This document shows, in pieces, positions 12,001-20,750 of a DNA stretch of 54,339 nucleotides (position 1 is the first letter of the stretch; each line of letters starts with the position of its first letter). Both the position numbers and the translations under genes were made by a program. This DNA is from Pseudomonadota bacterium (GTDB lineage: Bacteria; Myxococcota; JACRCW01; JAFGSX01): contig JBDRCO010000119.1 in NCBI GenBank assembly GCA_043821645.1, forward strand, positions 1 through 54,339. The letters run 5' to 3'. The notes below the pieces were generated by a model. It searched no databases and was not told the DNA's origin. It saw nothing but the letters and a program-made list of their open reading frames with translations.

Positions 12001-15000
12001 AGCAGCGGGGCGTAGGGCGGTGTGTTGCTCACCGTGAAGCTGCGACGATCGAGCGCGGACCAGGGCGTGCTCGTGGCCTGCCCGTCCGAGGCCACAGCGT
12101 TGGCCAGGGTGAAGACGCCCGGCCCAAGATCCACTGCAGCCAGGGTGAACGCGGGCCCAGCTCCTGCCGGTGAGGCCACCTGCTGTCCGATCGCGTCCCA
12201 GATATCGAGGGTATAGGTGAGGGTGTCGCCGTCCACATCGTCGGCGTGCACGTGAAACTCCACCTGGCCGTCGGTGTAGACCTGACCCGGCAGAGCCTGG
12301 GTGAGAGCCACGCTCGCCGGTGGGCTGTTGACGACGACAAAGTGGCGGGTCGCGCTCCAGTCACTCCACGCGCCGGCACCCTGCACGCGAACGCGCCAGC
12401 TGTAGCTGCTGCGTGCCAGCGGTCCGGGCTGCCACACACCCTGGGATGGCGAGCCTGTGGCCAGCGGGGTGGTGAAGTCATCGCTCGTGGCCAGCTCGAA
12501 CTGAAAACCCTGCGCCCGGGGCTGGGTGCAGCGCAGCTCGATGGTGCTGGCAGAGGTGTAGCTGAATCCATCTGCGGGCTCGAGGTTCACCGGAGCGGCG
12601 GGTAACAGCGTGAAACTGCGCGTGGCGGACCAGGCGCTGTACTGCTGCCCGTCGAAGGCGCGCATGCGCACGTTCAACAGGCGGTAGGGCAGGGCGCCGA
12701 CGGTCACCTGCTGCTGGATCTCGTCGACGACGCTGCCCGCCGTCATGTAGGTCGAGAAGTCAGGGCCGGCGGAAAACTGAACCTCGTGGCTCATGGAATC
12801 GCCGTCGATGTCGTCACCTGGCGTGAAGACGAAGCTCTCGCCATCGTGCAGCACCGCGCCGCTGGCCAGCACGACCACGGGCGCGGTCGGGGCGTGATTC
12901 ACCGCCTGCACGGCCAGCGCGAGCTGGTGCCTGGCCTGGCGTCCCAGGCTGTCCGCGATCTCGATCTGCACCAGGTGGCCCCCGGCGCGACTGAAGCGCT
13001 GGGTGAGGGTGTTGCCGTTCGTGGCCACGGTCTGGCCGTCCACGTCCCAGCGGGTGCTGCCCAGGGTGGTGTTGGGCGACAGGGCCGTGTGTGCCGTCAG
13101 CACGACGTCCTCGTTGGTCCCGATGGCTCCGCCACCGACGCTCAGGGCCACCGCAGGCAAGCCGCTCAGGCCCATGCTGCCGCTCACCGCACCCTCGGAC
13201 TGCCGGTAGGGGTCGCTGGGGATGCTGAAGCTCCCGGACAGGAAGGTCGCGGTCACCGAGGCCCCGATGCTGAGCTCGAGCCCGACGTCCGCGCCCACGG
13301 CGATGCCGCCGGTGACCGGGAGACTGAAGCGGATCTCGGGGTAAACGCCTGGCTGATCGAAGGCCTTGAGCAGATCATATTGCGCAGCGCCGTCGAGGCC
13401 GGCCGCATCGGTGGCCAGCTTGGCTCCGGCCAGCAAGGTGTTGAGGACGAACTCCCCGTTGACGCTGACGCTGCCGGCGAAGCCCAGGTTGACCTCGAGG
13501 TCGGCGCCGGCTTCGATCTCGCCTTCAATGCCGGTCTCGACGCTGAGGGCGAAACTGACGTGGCGGGCGAACAGGCCAAGCAGCGCATCCAGCTCGTCAC
13601 TGCTCATCACCGCGAGCAGGGTGTCGAAGCTGGAGCGGAACAGCGCCACGGCGCGCTTGACGTCGAACTGTGGCTGGTCGCCGGCCCACAAGATCGGTGG
13701 GATCTGCCTGGCCAGGTCGCCGAAGTAGAACGAGCTGGCGCCCTTGTTCTGGAGCAGCGCGAGATAGTCGCTCAGGATCGTCAGGTCCGAACTCATGCAT
13801 ACTGCGATCTTGTCGTAGGCATTGGCCGCCGCGCCTCCGGTCGCCGTGCCTCCTGCGCCCACGCCAGCGCCCACCTGGAACGACGCCCCCAGGCCCGCCT
13901 CGATGCCGTAGCTGGCCAGATCCACGTTGCTGCGCAGGCTGTCGAAGATGGCCAGGCTGAAGGCCATCAGGGTCTGCTCGTCGGGAAAGCTGAATTCCAG
14001 GGTCGAACCATCGTACTGCACGGTGCTGCTGAACAGGCTGCGCGCTCCGTCCACGGCGAGGGACAGGGCGTCGTACACCAGCTCGGCCGCACCGGTGGAG
14101 GGGATGCTCACGTCCACCGACATGCCGAGCGCCTGCTTGCCGCCTATCACCACGGCGTAGTTGGCCTCCTCACCCACGGACATCGATGCACCAAAGCTGA
14201 CCTCCGGCCGCAGGTCCGCGGTGACCTCGATGGGCAGGTCGCGGAAAACCGTGCGCAGGACCAGGCTCAAGGCCGGGAAGGCGTTGAGGGGAGATGCCAG
14301 GACGTACAGCAGGCGGAGCGCGTCCGGATCGTCGGGTTCCGCCGGTCCATGCATGTCAAAGATCAGCTCGAGTTCCGTCCCAGGTGCCAGGGGGTTGCGC
14401 AGCACACAATCGAACAGCGCCGCGTCGCTGCTCAGCGTCGTGGTCATGCGCGTGACCTCGACACCGCCGACGGTCAGGGCATTCGATTGCACGAAGGATT
14501 GCGCATCAGGATCCCAGGAAAATCCCATGCGTCCCTGGACCTGGCTGGCGAGGGTGGACAGGGTGACCACCAGGCGGTCCAGGGGCACCCCACTGAGGTC
14601 GGACGCCCAGTCCGCACCGTCGCGGATGCCCTCGAGCAGGTCCAGGGACAGGCTCTGACTCGCGTTGCCATAGCGCAGCTCGAAGGCGGTGCTGTTGCCG
14701 ACCGAGAAGGTGGCCGAGGCGGTCTTCTGCACATCCAGGCCAACCAGAACCGTGTTCAAGAAGCTCGCAGCGTCGTCGCCATGAGCGAGCAGGATGTCGG
14801 AGATCTGCTCGAAGGGATTGATCCCCTGCCGGTCCTGCACCTGGTTCAGGGTGTCGAAGGCCAGGCGCGCCAGATCCTTGAGGTTGGCCTCGGCATGGTT
14901 GTACAGAAAGCTCCGCACATCATCCACCAGGGCCTGAGGATCGGTCTGGCTGTTGAGGCGGTTGAGGTTGTCACCGAAGGTACTGCGCAGGGCCTGCAGC

Positions 15001-16526
15001 CTGGCGCGCACCGAGACCAGCCGGTCCCGCGCGTCGGCAACCTGGCTCCACGGACCATCGTCGACCACCAGGGTCACCAGGGTCGAGATGCTGCGTAAAA
15101 GAGCGATCGCATCCGCGGTCAGGAAGTCGAAGACCGACCCCAGAACATCCACCACGGCGCCGGTCACGGCACCCACGACCTGCATGAAGCCCTTGGTCTG
15201 GCCCGTGACCAGGTCCTTGCGGGTCACGGTGAACAGGGAGAGCGTGCCGTCGTCAGAGACCTCGAGCCTCTGCAGGTGTCGTCCCGGCCGGTGACTCAGG
15301 GCCTGCTCCAGGGCGTCCAGGCTGCCCTCGGACACTGGCAGGTCGAGGGCGAACAACAGTGGTGTCGGGCTGAGTGCAGCCTCATCGACGTGCAGGTTCC
15401 AGTCCGCGCGCTGCCGGTGCAGCGACATGCCTCCGCTGTCCAGGACCACGCGCAGGGTTTCTTGTGCGGCACCGTCGACGCGGGACAGGATGGCGGGCAT
15501 GCCGCGGAAGCGGGCCAGTCCGAGCAGACGGCCGCGGCGCATCAGGTTGTCGAGGTAGCGACCCTGCAGTGCCTGGCTCCAGTCCGCGGGGACTTGCAGC
15601 GCCACCAGGTCCACGCCATCACTCGAGCCGCCGTGCCGCGCCTGGCGCAGGGCACAGGCCTCGCCGGCCACCGTGGAGATCGCCGAGGCCAGTTCCTGAT
15701 CTGCCAGCTCTGGCAGCGACGCGGTGTGCACGTCGCGGATCGCTGGGTTCAAGGCCAGCAGCGCGTCCAGGTCCGGGTACAGGGGCAGATCCGTCCTGGT
15801 CGAGAAGTGGCGGCCATAGCCATCTTCCAGTTCGGCCTCGACCGGATACTGGCCGGTGGCGTCGAGGATCAACTCGAAAGTCGTCTGATCGGAGAGTCGC
15901 GCGTCTGCTCCCTCTCCCACGCGCCAGTGCACGCTGGCCGTTGGTAGCTCGTGGTTCACGTCGAGGTGCAGCGCCTGCCCCGCCACGGGAAGCGCCGGCC
16001 AGATCTCGATCAGGGGTGCGGCTGCAGCCTCGCGAACAGTGACCTCGAAGCGCAGGTCCCGTCCCAGTGTGGTGCCGTCGTCGGCGGGGAGATCCGAGGC
16101 GACCACGGCCAGGTAGCGTGTTCCCACCTCGAGTGCGACGTCTGGCACCAGGGTCAGCGCCCGCGCATCGACGTCGAGGTAGACGGTGGCCGCGACCGGC
16201 CGCAGCGACGTGCCCTGGTAGAGACGGAACCAGGTGTTGCCGGCGGCGAGGGCCTGCTGCCCATCGCCCAGCGGCGGCGGCAGCAGGGGAATGGCCGACG
16301 ACAGCGGGCGGTCGAAGCGCGTCCTGACCACGGCCGTGATGGCCAAGTTGGCGTGTGCCTCGGTCAACGTGGCGACGTCGTCCAGGCTCGCGAGGGAGTC
16401 CTCGACCGCGGGGACGTCCTCGAGTGCGCTGTCGGCGCGACCACCGTCGGGATCTCCCGGGGGGGGACAGGCCAGCATCAGCATCAAGATCGAGACGGCC
16501 AGCACGAGGTGACGTGAACGATTCAT
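9078..16526 (-). CDS. Giant (~2480 aa) surface lipoprotein/adhesin with Ig-like/PKD domains, an unknown central region and C-terminal Calx-beta repeats
   Basis: MNRSRHLVLAVSILMLMLAC lipoprotein signal; several N.PP.AP.L..P.DG Ig/FN3-like units; about six Calx-beta units (T.DGSA.AG.DY...IVDD...E.DE.F.L.L...TI.DDD). Confidence 0.85.
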   Translation of the reverse strand: MNRSRHLVLAVSILMLMLACPPPGDPDGGRADSALEDVPAVEDSLASLDDVATLTEAHANLAITAVVRTRFDRPLSSAIPLLPPPLGDGQQALAAGNTWFRLYQGTSLRPVAATVYLDVDARALTLVPDVALEVGTRYLAVVASDLPADDGTTLGRDLRFEVTVREAAAAPLIEIWPALPVAGQALHLDVNHELPTASVHWRVGEGADARLSDQTTFELILDATGQYPVEAELEDGYGRHFSTRTDLPLYPDLDALLALNPAIRDVHTASLPELADQELASAISTVAGEACALRQARHGGSSDGVDLVALQVPADWSQALQGRYLDNLMRRGRLLGLARFRGMPAILSRVDGAAQETLRVVLDSGGMSLHRQRADWNLHVDEAALSPTPLLFALDLPVSEGSLDALEQALSHRPGRHLQRLEVSDDGTLSLFTVTRKDLVTGQTKGFMQVVGAVTGAVVDVLGSVFDFLTADAIALLRSISTLVTLVVDDGPWSQVADARDRLVSVRARLQALRSTFGDNLNRLNSQTDPQALVDDVRSFLYNHAEANLKDLARLAFDTLNQVQDRQGINPFEQISDILLAHGDDAASFLNTVLVGLDVQKTASATFSVGNSTAFELRYGNASQSLSLDLLEGIRDGADWASDLSGVPLDRLVVTLSTLASQVQGRMGFSWDPDAQSFVQSNALTVGGVEVTRMTTTLSSDAALFDCVLRNPLAPGTELELIFDMHGPAEPDDPDALRLLYVLASPLNAFPALSLVLRTVFRDLPIEVTADLRPEVSFGASMSVGEEANYAVVIGGKQALGMSVDVSIPSTGAAELVYDALSLAVDGARSLFSSTVQYDGSTLEFSFPDEQTLMAFSLAIFDSLRSNVDLASYGIEAGLGASFQVGAGVGAGGTATGGAAANAYDKIAVCMSSDLTILSDYLALLQNKGASSFYFGDLARQIPPILWAGDQPQFDVKRAVALFRSSFDTLLAVMSSDELDALLGLFARHVSFALSVETGIEGEIEAGADLEVNLGFAGSVSVNGEFVLNTLLAGAKLATDAAGLDGAAQYDLLKAFDQPGVYPEIRFSLPVTGGIAVGADVGLELSIGASVTATFLSGSFSIPSDPYRQSEGAVSGSMGLSGLPAVALSVGGGAIGTNEDVVLTAHTALSPNTTLGSTRWDVDGQTVATNGNTLTQRFSRAGGHLVQIEIADSLGRQARHQLALAVQAVNHAPTAPVVVLASGAVLHDGESFVFTPGDDIDGDSMSHEVQFSAGPDFSTYMTAGSVVDEIQQQVTVGALPYRLLNVRMRAFDGQQYSAWSATRSFTLLPAAPVNLEPADGFSYTSASTIELRCTQPRAQGFQFELATSDDFTTPLATGSPSQGVWQPGPLARSSYSWRVRVQGAGAWSDWSATRHFVVVNSPPASVALTQALPGQVYTDGQVEFHVHADDVDGDTLTYTLDIWDAIGQQVASPAGAGPAFTLAAVDLGPGVFTLANAVASDGQATSTPWSALDRRSFTVSNTPPYAPLLLQPVDGTVYFTRPASVTLTASASTDFDDDPISSYIFFVVYPGDEVRTIPSTTPGVTLDDLTDERWTYTWWVRALAASGSNPGQPSAERSFVVYALHEPFIETLAPEDGAVFEHGNPVALQATAVDPDGDGIAHIRFQVGGDASMTSILGGQSTASDTFIFAPPWAGIFFWHAQPQDTTGQDGAFSTLRCFSSLDGLEAPALTLASSYEQTLGSIALDSVLHPVTLNCLGQDFGLFAYEVAGDPQFDDIVDAGALFPGAVTSLSLGTGLYFIRARHSYLGLDSAWSAGQLLSVVDNDPDPSTNEPISFSYVQPKESDASVTVTLQLDRLLDTALSVQVSTADNSARAGEDYQALTTTVVIPAHTLTADVVIPLLQDNAEEGEESFVLIAEYSVDSTLYRHGVYVTIRDDDGLPWLRVEDGTGREADASVFVQVRLTTASDQIVSVQWHTVDDTALAGQHYVASSGTATLQAQQLTTAVEIPLIDNGDTAADTRFRVVLSSPVEAHIERGAATVTIQDDESRVTSKLSVADRSVNESSGSLGFLLTLDRVCASPVTVHVTTVDGSAEAGTDYTAVDRDEVIAAGQLSTTVTVTIVDDAVAEQDESFSLLLSNAVHADILRGAALGTIEDDDTPPELSIDDLTVDEHLGPAILTVHLNKTWRDDVQVTCVSANATAFAPADYTAISSLATIPAGQQTTTCSVPIVNDTLSESSETFSVTLQSPQNATISSTRGSAVVTIRDNDALPVISLTGAEGTEGMDPVLFFNVALDHASDSDITVQVRTVDGSAQAPDDFVALTTPLLIPANTTTATAQVTLVDDATAETDESFELELYSPSGATLATTPLLASATVHDNDQLTVTGLAANPTIIDEPRGVGPTESLVTATLSASAVQQVTITLGFSGTAQRYTDYDASASSIVIDVGQTQGSVTVSAYDECVYYEAAETIIVTATGATGAQLSGSPSATITLQDNYLMDCP

Positions 16527-16658
16527 GGCACGCTCCACTGCAGTCAGGGGACGCTGCGGCGTGCGTTTCCCCCACGACGGCAGGACAGCAACCTGTGCGC
16601 AGCTCGCGCCGAAAGGCAAGCTGCACGGTGGAGTATCGCCGACGCGGGTGCTGGGCGA

Positions 16659-18482
16659 TCAGCGTCTGCGAGATCGGCGGCGGGGCAAGGCGAGGGCGGC
16701 GAGGACCGCGAGCACTGCGAGCGGGGCACGGGTCCCCAGGGCCGAGCACGATCCGTCGTTGATGAGGCGAAGCCCTGACTCCGGGGCTGGAGCCTCCAAC
16801 CGCACCAGAGGCAGCAGGCACTCGCGGGCATCGCCGGCGACCACAATGCAGCGGACGCGTGCCTCGTGATGGCCCGGTGCCGACGCCAGCACGAGGTGCT
16901 CGCCCGCCGTCAGGGCGCGCTCGTAGCCGCCACTGGCGTCCGCCGAGAAGGGCTCTTGGTCGTCGATGCGGATGCTCGCGAAGGGCAGGCCCGGTGCCAG
17001 GCTCGCGCGGCGCCAGTCCGCGTCCGCCTCGGTGACGACGACCCGGCCGAACAGCTTGCCCTGGTTCTCGAGCAGGACCTGGCAGGAGCCCTGCTCGCCG
17101 CAGGTGGCGTTGTCCTCGCACTCACCGCAGCTCACGCCACAGCGCGGATCCGCTCCACAGCCGCGCCCCTCACAGTCGGGCTGGCAGTTCGGACCAACGT
17201 CGACACACTGTCCTTCGCCCGAGCAGAACAGGCTTCCCGCGCAGGTGCCGCAGGAGCTGCCGCACGCCGGATCCAGTCCGCATTCGCGGGTGCTGCAATC
17301 GGGGGTGCAAACCTCGCTCAAGCAGCTGCCGTCGTCGTCACAAACGGTGCCGTCATCACAGCTGCCACAGCTCGTGCCGCAGGTCGGGTCCGGGCCACAG
17401 CTGCGACCGCTGCAATCCGGGGTGCACGGGGGTGGTGCGCACTGCCCGTCGCTGCCGCAGACCTCGTTGCCTCCGCAGGTTCCGCAGCTGACACCGCACA
17501 CAGGGTCCGCTCCGCAGCTGCGACCGCTGCAATTGGCCTCGCAGGTCGGGGCCTGGCACTGGCCCTGGGCGTTGCAGGTGGCATCGCCGCTGCATGTGCC
17601 GCAGCTGGTACCGCACTGGGGGTCCGCGCCGCAGCTGCGGCTGGTGCAGTTCGGCACGCACTGCGGTACGAGGCCGATGGAGCACCAGGTCACGGCCCCG
17701 GCGGTCACCGAACAGCTGCGGCTGGCGCTCGAATATCCGCTGTTCGAGGCCTGCAGGCTGTGGCTACCGGCGCTGGCGGTGAGGGACCACGCCGCGTCGC
17801 CCGCAGCGGCGGTGGTGCTGGCCCCACCCGCGATGGCGATGCGCGCGCCCGGGATGCGCTCGCTCATGTCGGCAGTGCCCTGGCCGCGATCCACGAACAC
17901 GCAGCCCTTGAAGGTACCTGTGCTCACCCCCTCGGTCAGGCTGTTGCGCCGGATGCCGATGTAGGCAGAGCTCAGGGACCGCAGGTTCCGCACGATGCCA
18001 TAGGAGCAGCCGCGCGCCTCGTAGGACCAGATCTGACCCCAGGCATCTCCGCTTTCGTAGAGCACGATGTGGCCGCCGGTGTTGGCGTCGTTGCGGTAGA
18101 CAAAGGCGTCGGCGCGCTTGGCACTGTCTCGCGACACCCGCGTCCAGTGGGTGGTGTTGTAGCGGAACTCGCGGGTCGAATAGGGGTGCGCGTCCGTCGT
18201 CACCGGCGAGGGTCCCGGGACCTGCCAGGTCTTCGCCACGAAGCCCGAACAGTCCGCACCGTAGGAGCCCGAGTGGCTGCAACCCGGGCAGCTCCCCGAG
18301 CAGGACCCGTGCTGTGCGCCATCGCTGCGCCAGCGTCCGTGGCCCCACCAGTACGAATAGCTCACTCCACTCTTGGCCAGGTTGATGATGGCATCGCGGG
18401 TCATGGGCTCGGGGGCCGCCCAGGCAGCGCCGGCGAGGGAGGCCATGGTGACGACAACGCAGAGGCGCGGGATCATCGTCAT
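16659..18482 (-). CDS. Secreted NlpC/P60-like hydrolase with Cys-rich stalk and MYXO-CTERM-like anchor
   Basis: Signal peptide; YSYWWG...ADCSGFV...GHIVLY catalytic Cys/His; CxPxCxxRxCGxDPxCGxSCGxC repeats; ends GSCSA + hydrophobic stretch + RRRSRRR. Confidence 0.8.
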   Translation of the reverse strand: MTMIPRLCVVVTMASLAGAAWAAPEPMTRDAIINLAKSGVSYSYWWGHGRWRSDGAQHGSCSGSCPGCSHSGSYGADCSGFVAKTWQVPGPSPVTTDAHPYSTREFRYNTTHWTRVSRDSAKRADAFVYRNDANTGGHIVLYESGDAWGQIWSYEARGCSYGIVRNLRSLSSAYIGIRRNSLTEGVSTGTFKGCVFVDRGQGTADMSERIPGARIAIAGGASTTAAAGDAAWSLTASAGSHSLQASNSGYSSASRSCSVTAGAVTWCSIGLVPQCVPNCTSRSCGADPQCGTSCGTCSGDATCNAQGQCQAPTCEANCSGRSCGADPVCGVSCGTCGGNEVCGSDGQCAPPPCTPDCSGRSCGPDPTCGTSCGSCDDGTVCDDDGSCLSEVCTPDCSTRECGLDPACGSSCGTCAGSLFCSGEGQCVDVGPNCQPDCEGRGCGADPRCGVSCGECEDNATCGEQGSCQVLLENQGKLFGRVVVTEADADWRRASLAPGLPFASIRIDDQEPFSADASGGYERALTAGEHLVLASAPGHHEARVRCIVVAGDARECLLPLVRLEAPAPESGLRLINDGSCSALGTRAPLAVLAVLAALALPRRRSRRR

Positions 18483-19435
18483 GGCGTCACCTCCCACAGC
18501 GTGACACCGCTGTCGTCGCAGTGCACGAACACCACACGGCCGTCGGGCGCCACGCGCAGGGGGCGAAACTGCTCCTCGGCACCGCGGCGCGCGGGCAAGG
18601 CGACGCGAGTTCTGGCCACACCGTCGGGGTCAACCACCACCAGCCACTCGTCCACGGCGAGCAGCTCGAAGGGTGGTCTGGGGCCTTCGCGAAAGGTCTG
18701 GGCGCCCACAAAAACCTGGCCCCGGGCATCGCTCTCCAGCGCCGTGATCTGCAACAGCGAATCGGCGAAGCCCAGGGTGGCGAGGTGACGCGTGGGTGCA
18801 TCGGACCGGGTCGCGACCTGGGACCACAGCGTGACCCCGTGCGCGCCATCCCGGACCGCGCTCAGACGCACGCGCCGATCCGCGGACAGACGCCCACCGC
18901 GCAGGGTTCTGACCTTCTCGGCGCGTCCCTGGCGGTCCGCCACGCGCACCTGCTGGGCGTGCTCCAGCTCCAGCCAGATGCCGTCGTCCTCGACCTCGAG
19001 AGCTGTCACCGCACCGCCCTCCTGGACAGGCCCGCCCTCGACGGGGACGGTGGCCAGGATGCGGCCCTGGTGGTCCACCACGTCGACCACCCGCGCCGCC
19101 AGGCGGTCGAGCAGGGCCACGTGCTGGTCGTCGATCCAGGCCAGGTCCTGGTAGCTGTCCGCGTGCAGGGGCCAGGTGTCGGCGACGCGTTCCCCGTCCA
19201 GCACCAGGATGCGTGCATTGACCTGATCGAGCAGAAACACCCGGCCCTTGCCGTCGAGGTCCAGGCTCATGGGCCCTTCGGGGGCCGCCTCGTCGGGGAC
19301 CGTGCGGCCGACCTGATCCGGGCCGCTTCCCCAGGGCAGGTGCACCCCACGTTCGAGCCCGGCGTGGGCAGGTGCAGGGACACGTAAAAGCCCGAAGATC
19401 ACCGCCCCAAAGGCAGCCCAGCGCAGCAAGGACAT
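18479..19435 (-). CDS. Secreted beta-propeller (NHL/SMP-30-like) protein
   Basis: Signal peptide ending PAHA; EGPMSLDLDGKGRVFLLDQVNARI blade-type repeats; 4-bp overlap with the NlpC/P60 gene. Confidence 0.75.
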   Translation of the reverse strand: MSLLRWAAFGAVIFGLLRVPAPAHAGLERGVHLPWGSGPDQVGRTVPDEAAPEGPMSLDLDGKGRVFLLDQVNARILVLDGERVADTWPLHADSYQDLAWIDDQHVALLDRLAARVVDVVDHQGRILATVPVEGGPVQEGGAVTALEVEDDGIWLELEHAQQVRVADRQGRAEKVRTLRGGRLSADRRVRLSAVRDGAHGVTLWSQVATRSDAPTRHLATLGFADSLLQITALESDARGQVFVGAQTFREGPRPPFELLAVDEWLVVVDPDGVARTRVALPARRGAEEQFRPLRVAPDGRVVFVHCDDSGVTLWEVTP

Positions 19436-19552
19436 GTCACAACCTCTCTCGCCTCGCGCGATGCGCGTGGCGTCGCTGACGGTGCAACGCGATCGCCCGG
19501 GGCGACCGCGGCAAGGTTCACCATAGACAGCGGGGAGAGGATCGTGAATCCG

Positions 19553-20635
19553 TCAGGAAGTGGATGCTGACCCACTGGTGCGGGGCGCCAGGACGATGCG
19601 GTTCTTGCCCATCTCCTTGGCCTGGTACGGGGCGCGATCCGCGTGCTTGAGCAGAGAATCAATGCTCTCGCCGTGCTCGGGGTAGCCCGAGACTCCTATG
19701 CTCACGGTCAGGGGGCGGTCGAGGTCGCGGGCGACCTCCGACCACGGATGCTGTTCCACGGCCTGGCGCAGCCTCTCGGCCTTGATGCGGCCACCATCCA
19801 GGGCGGTCTCCGGGAGCAGGATGCAGAACTCCTCGCCGCCGTAGCGGGCAGTGAAGTCGGACTGTCGCAGGCCCTTGGCGCTGGAAGGCTTGAAGACCTC
19901 GGCAATGGCACACAGCGCGGCGTCGCCGACCTGGTGACCCAGGCTGTCGTTCACGCGCTTGAAGTCATCGACATCGACGAAGAGCAGGCAGAACTGGCGT
20001 CCGTAGCGCTGTGACCGAGCCAGCTCCATCTCCAGATGCTCGACCAGGTAGCGGTGATTGAACAGGCCCGTCAGGCCGTCCCGCACGGCGAGATCCTGCA
20101 GCTTGCGATTGGCCTCGAGCAGCTCCGTGTTGCGCTGCTGCAGCTCCCCGGTGCGCTCGTCGACGAGCCGGCTCAGGCTGGACTCGCTCTCGCGCAAGGC
20201 CCGGTTCGCCTGTTCCAGCTGCTCCACCGACTCCGACAGCCGGGCGGTCAGGTTGTCGCGCTGCACCTCGAGTTCGGCAGCGTGCACCAGGGCATCGACC
20301 ACGGTGCGCATGTGGTGGGGATGAAAGGGTTTCTCGAAATAATGGTGAACCTTGGCCGCGTTCACCGCATCGACCACGGCGCCGTAGTCGTCGTAGCCGG
20401 TGACCAGAACACGCACGCAGTATGGCGCGAACTCCTTGATCTGGCTTAGCATTTCGACGCCACTCAGGCGTGGCATGCGCTGGTCGCTGATCACGGCAAC
20501 AGGCGACATGGCACGCGCCTGCTCCAGGCCATCCAGACCATCCACGGCCTCGATGACCTCGTATCCTGGTGCAAAGGTACGACGCAGGACCTGTCGCAGT
20601 GCCTCGTCGTCCTCCACGATGAGTAAGCGTTGCAT
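19553..20635 (-). CDS. Response-regulator diguanylate cyclase (REC-coiled coil-GGDEF)
   Basis: LLIVEDD...ISDQRMP receiver domain; DGLTGLFN; RQSD I-site; RYGGEEF active site. Confidence 0.93.
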   Translation of the reverse strand: MQRLLIVEDDEALRQVLRRTFAPGYEVIEAVDGLDGLEQARAMSPVAVISDQRMPRLSGVEMLSQIKEFAPYCVRVLVTGYDDYGAVVDAVNAAKVHHYFEKPFHPHHMRTVVDALVHAAELEVQRDNLTARLSESVEQLEQANRALRESESSLSRLVDERTGELQQRNTELLEANRKLQDLAVRDGLTGLFNHRYLVEHLEMELARSQRYGRQFCLLFVDVDDFKRVNDSLGHQVGDAALCAIAEVFKPSSAKGLRQSDFTARYGGEEFCILLPETALDGGRIKAERLRQAVEQHPWSEVARDLDRPLTVSIGVSGYPEHGESIDSLLKHADRAPYQAKEMGKNRIVLAPRTSGSASTS

Positions 20636-20750
20636 CGTTCCCCCGACCTTGCCCCGCGGGCGGGCGCCTGCCGGTCCTCGCACCAGGCACGGTGATCCCG
20701 TCCCAGCGTGGTCTTAGGCGCAAGTGGGGTGTTTTGTCACCTGTTGCGCG

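Noticed and set aside
17100-17660. Regularly spaced DNA repeats resembling an array
   Set aside because: Degenerate in-frame Cys-rich protein repeats, not identical CRISPR repeats with unique spacers; no cas genes.
7272-18788. Long + strand ORFs (e.g. 7272-9062, 9846-12173, 12786-15098, 16866-18788)
   Set aside because: Antisense shadows of well-supported minus-strand genes; expected in high-GC DNA; no motifs.
19620-19645. GGDEF domain reads ADRAPY instead of the usual ADxALY
   Set aside because: Single substitution with GGEEF and the I-site intact; cannot be distinguished from a tolerated variant or sequencing error.
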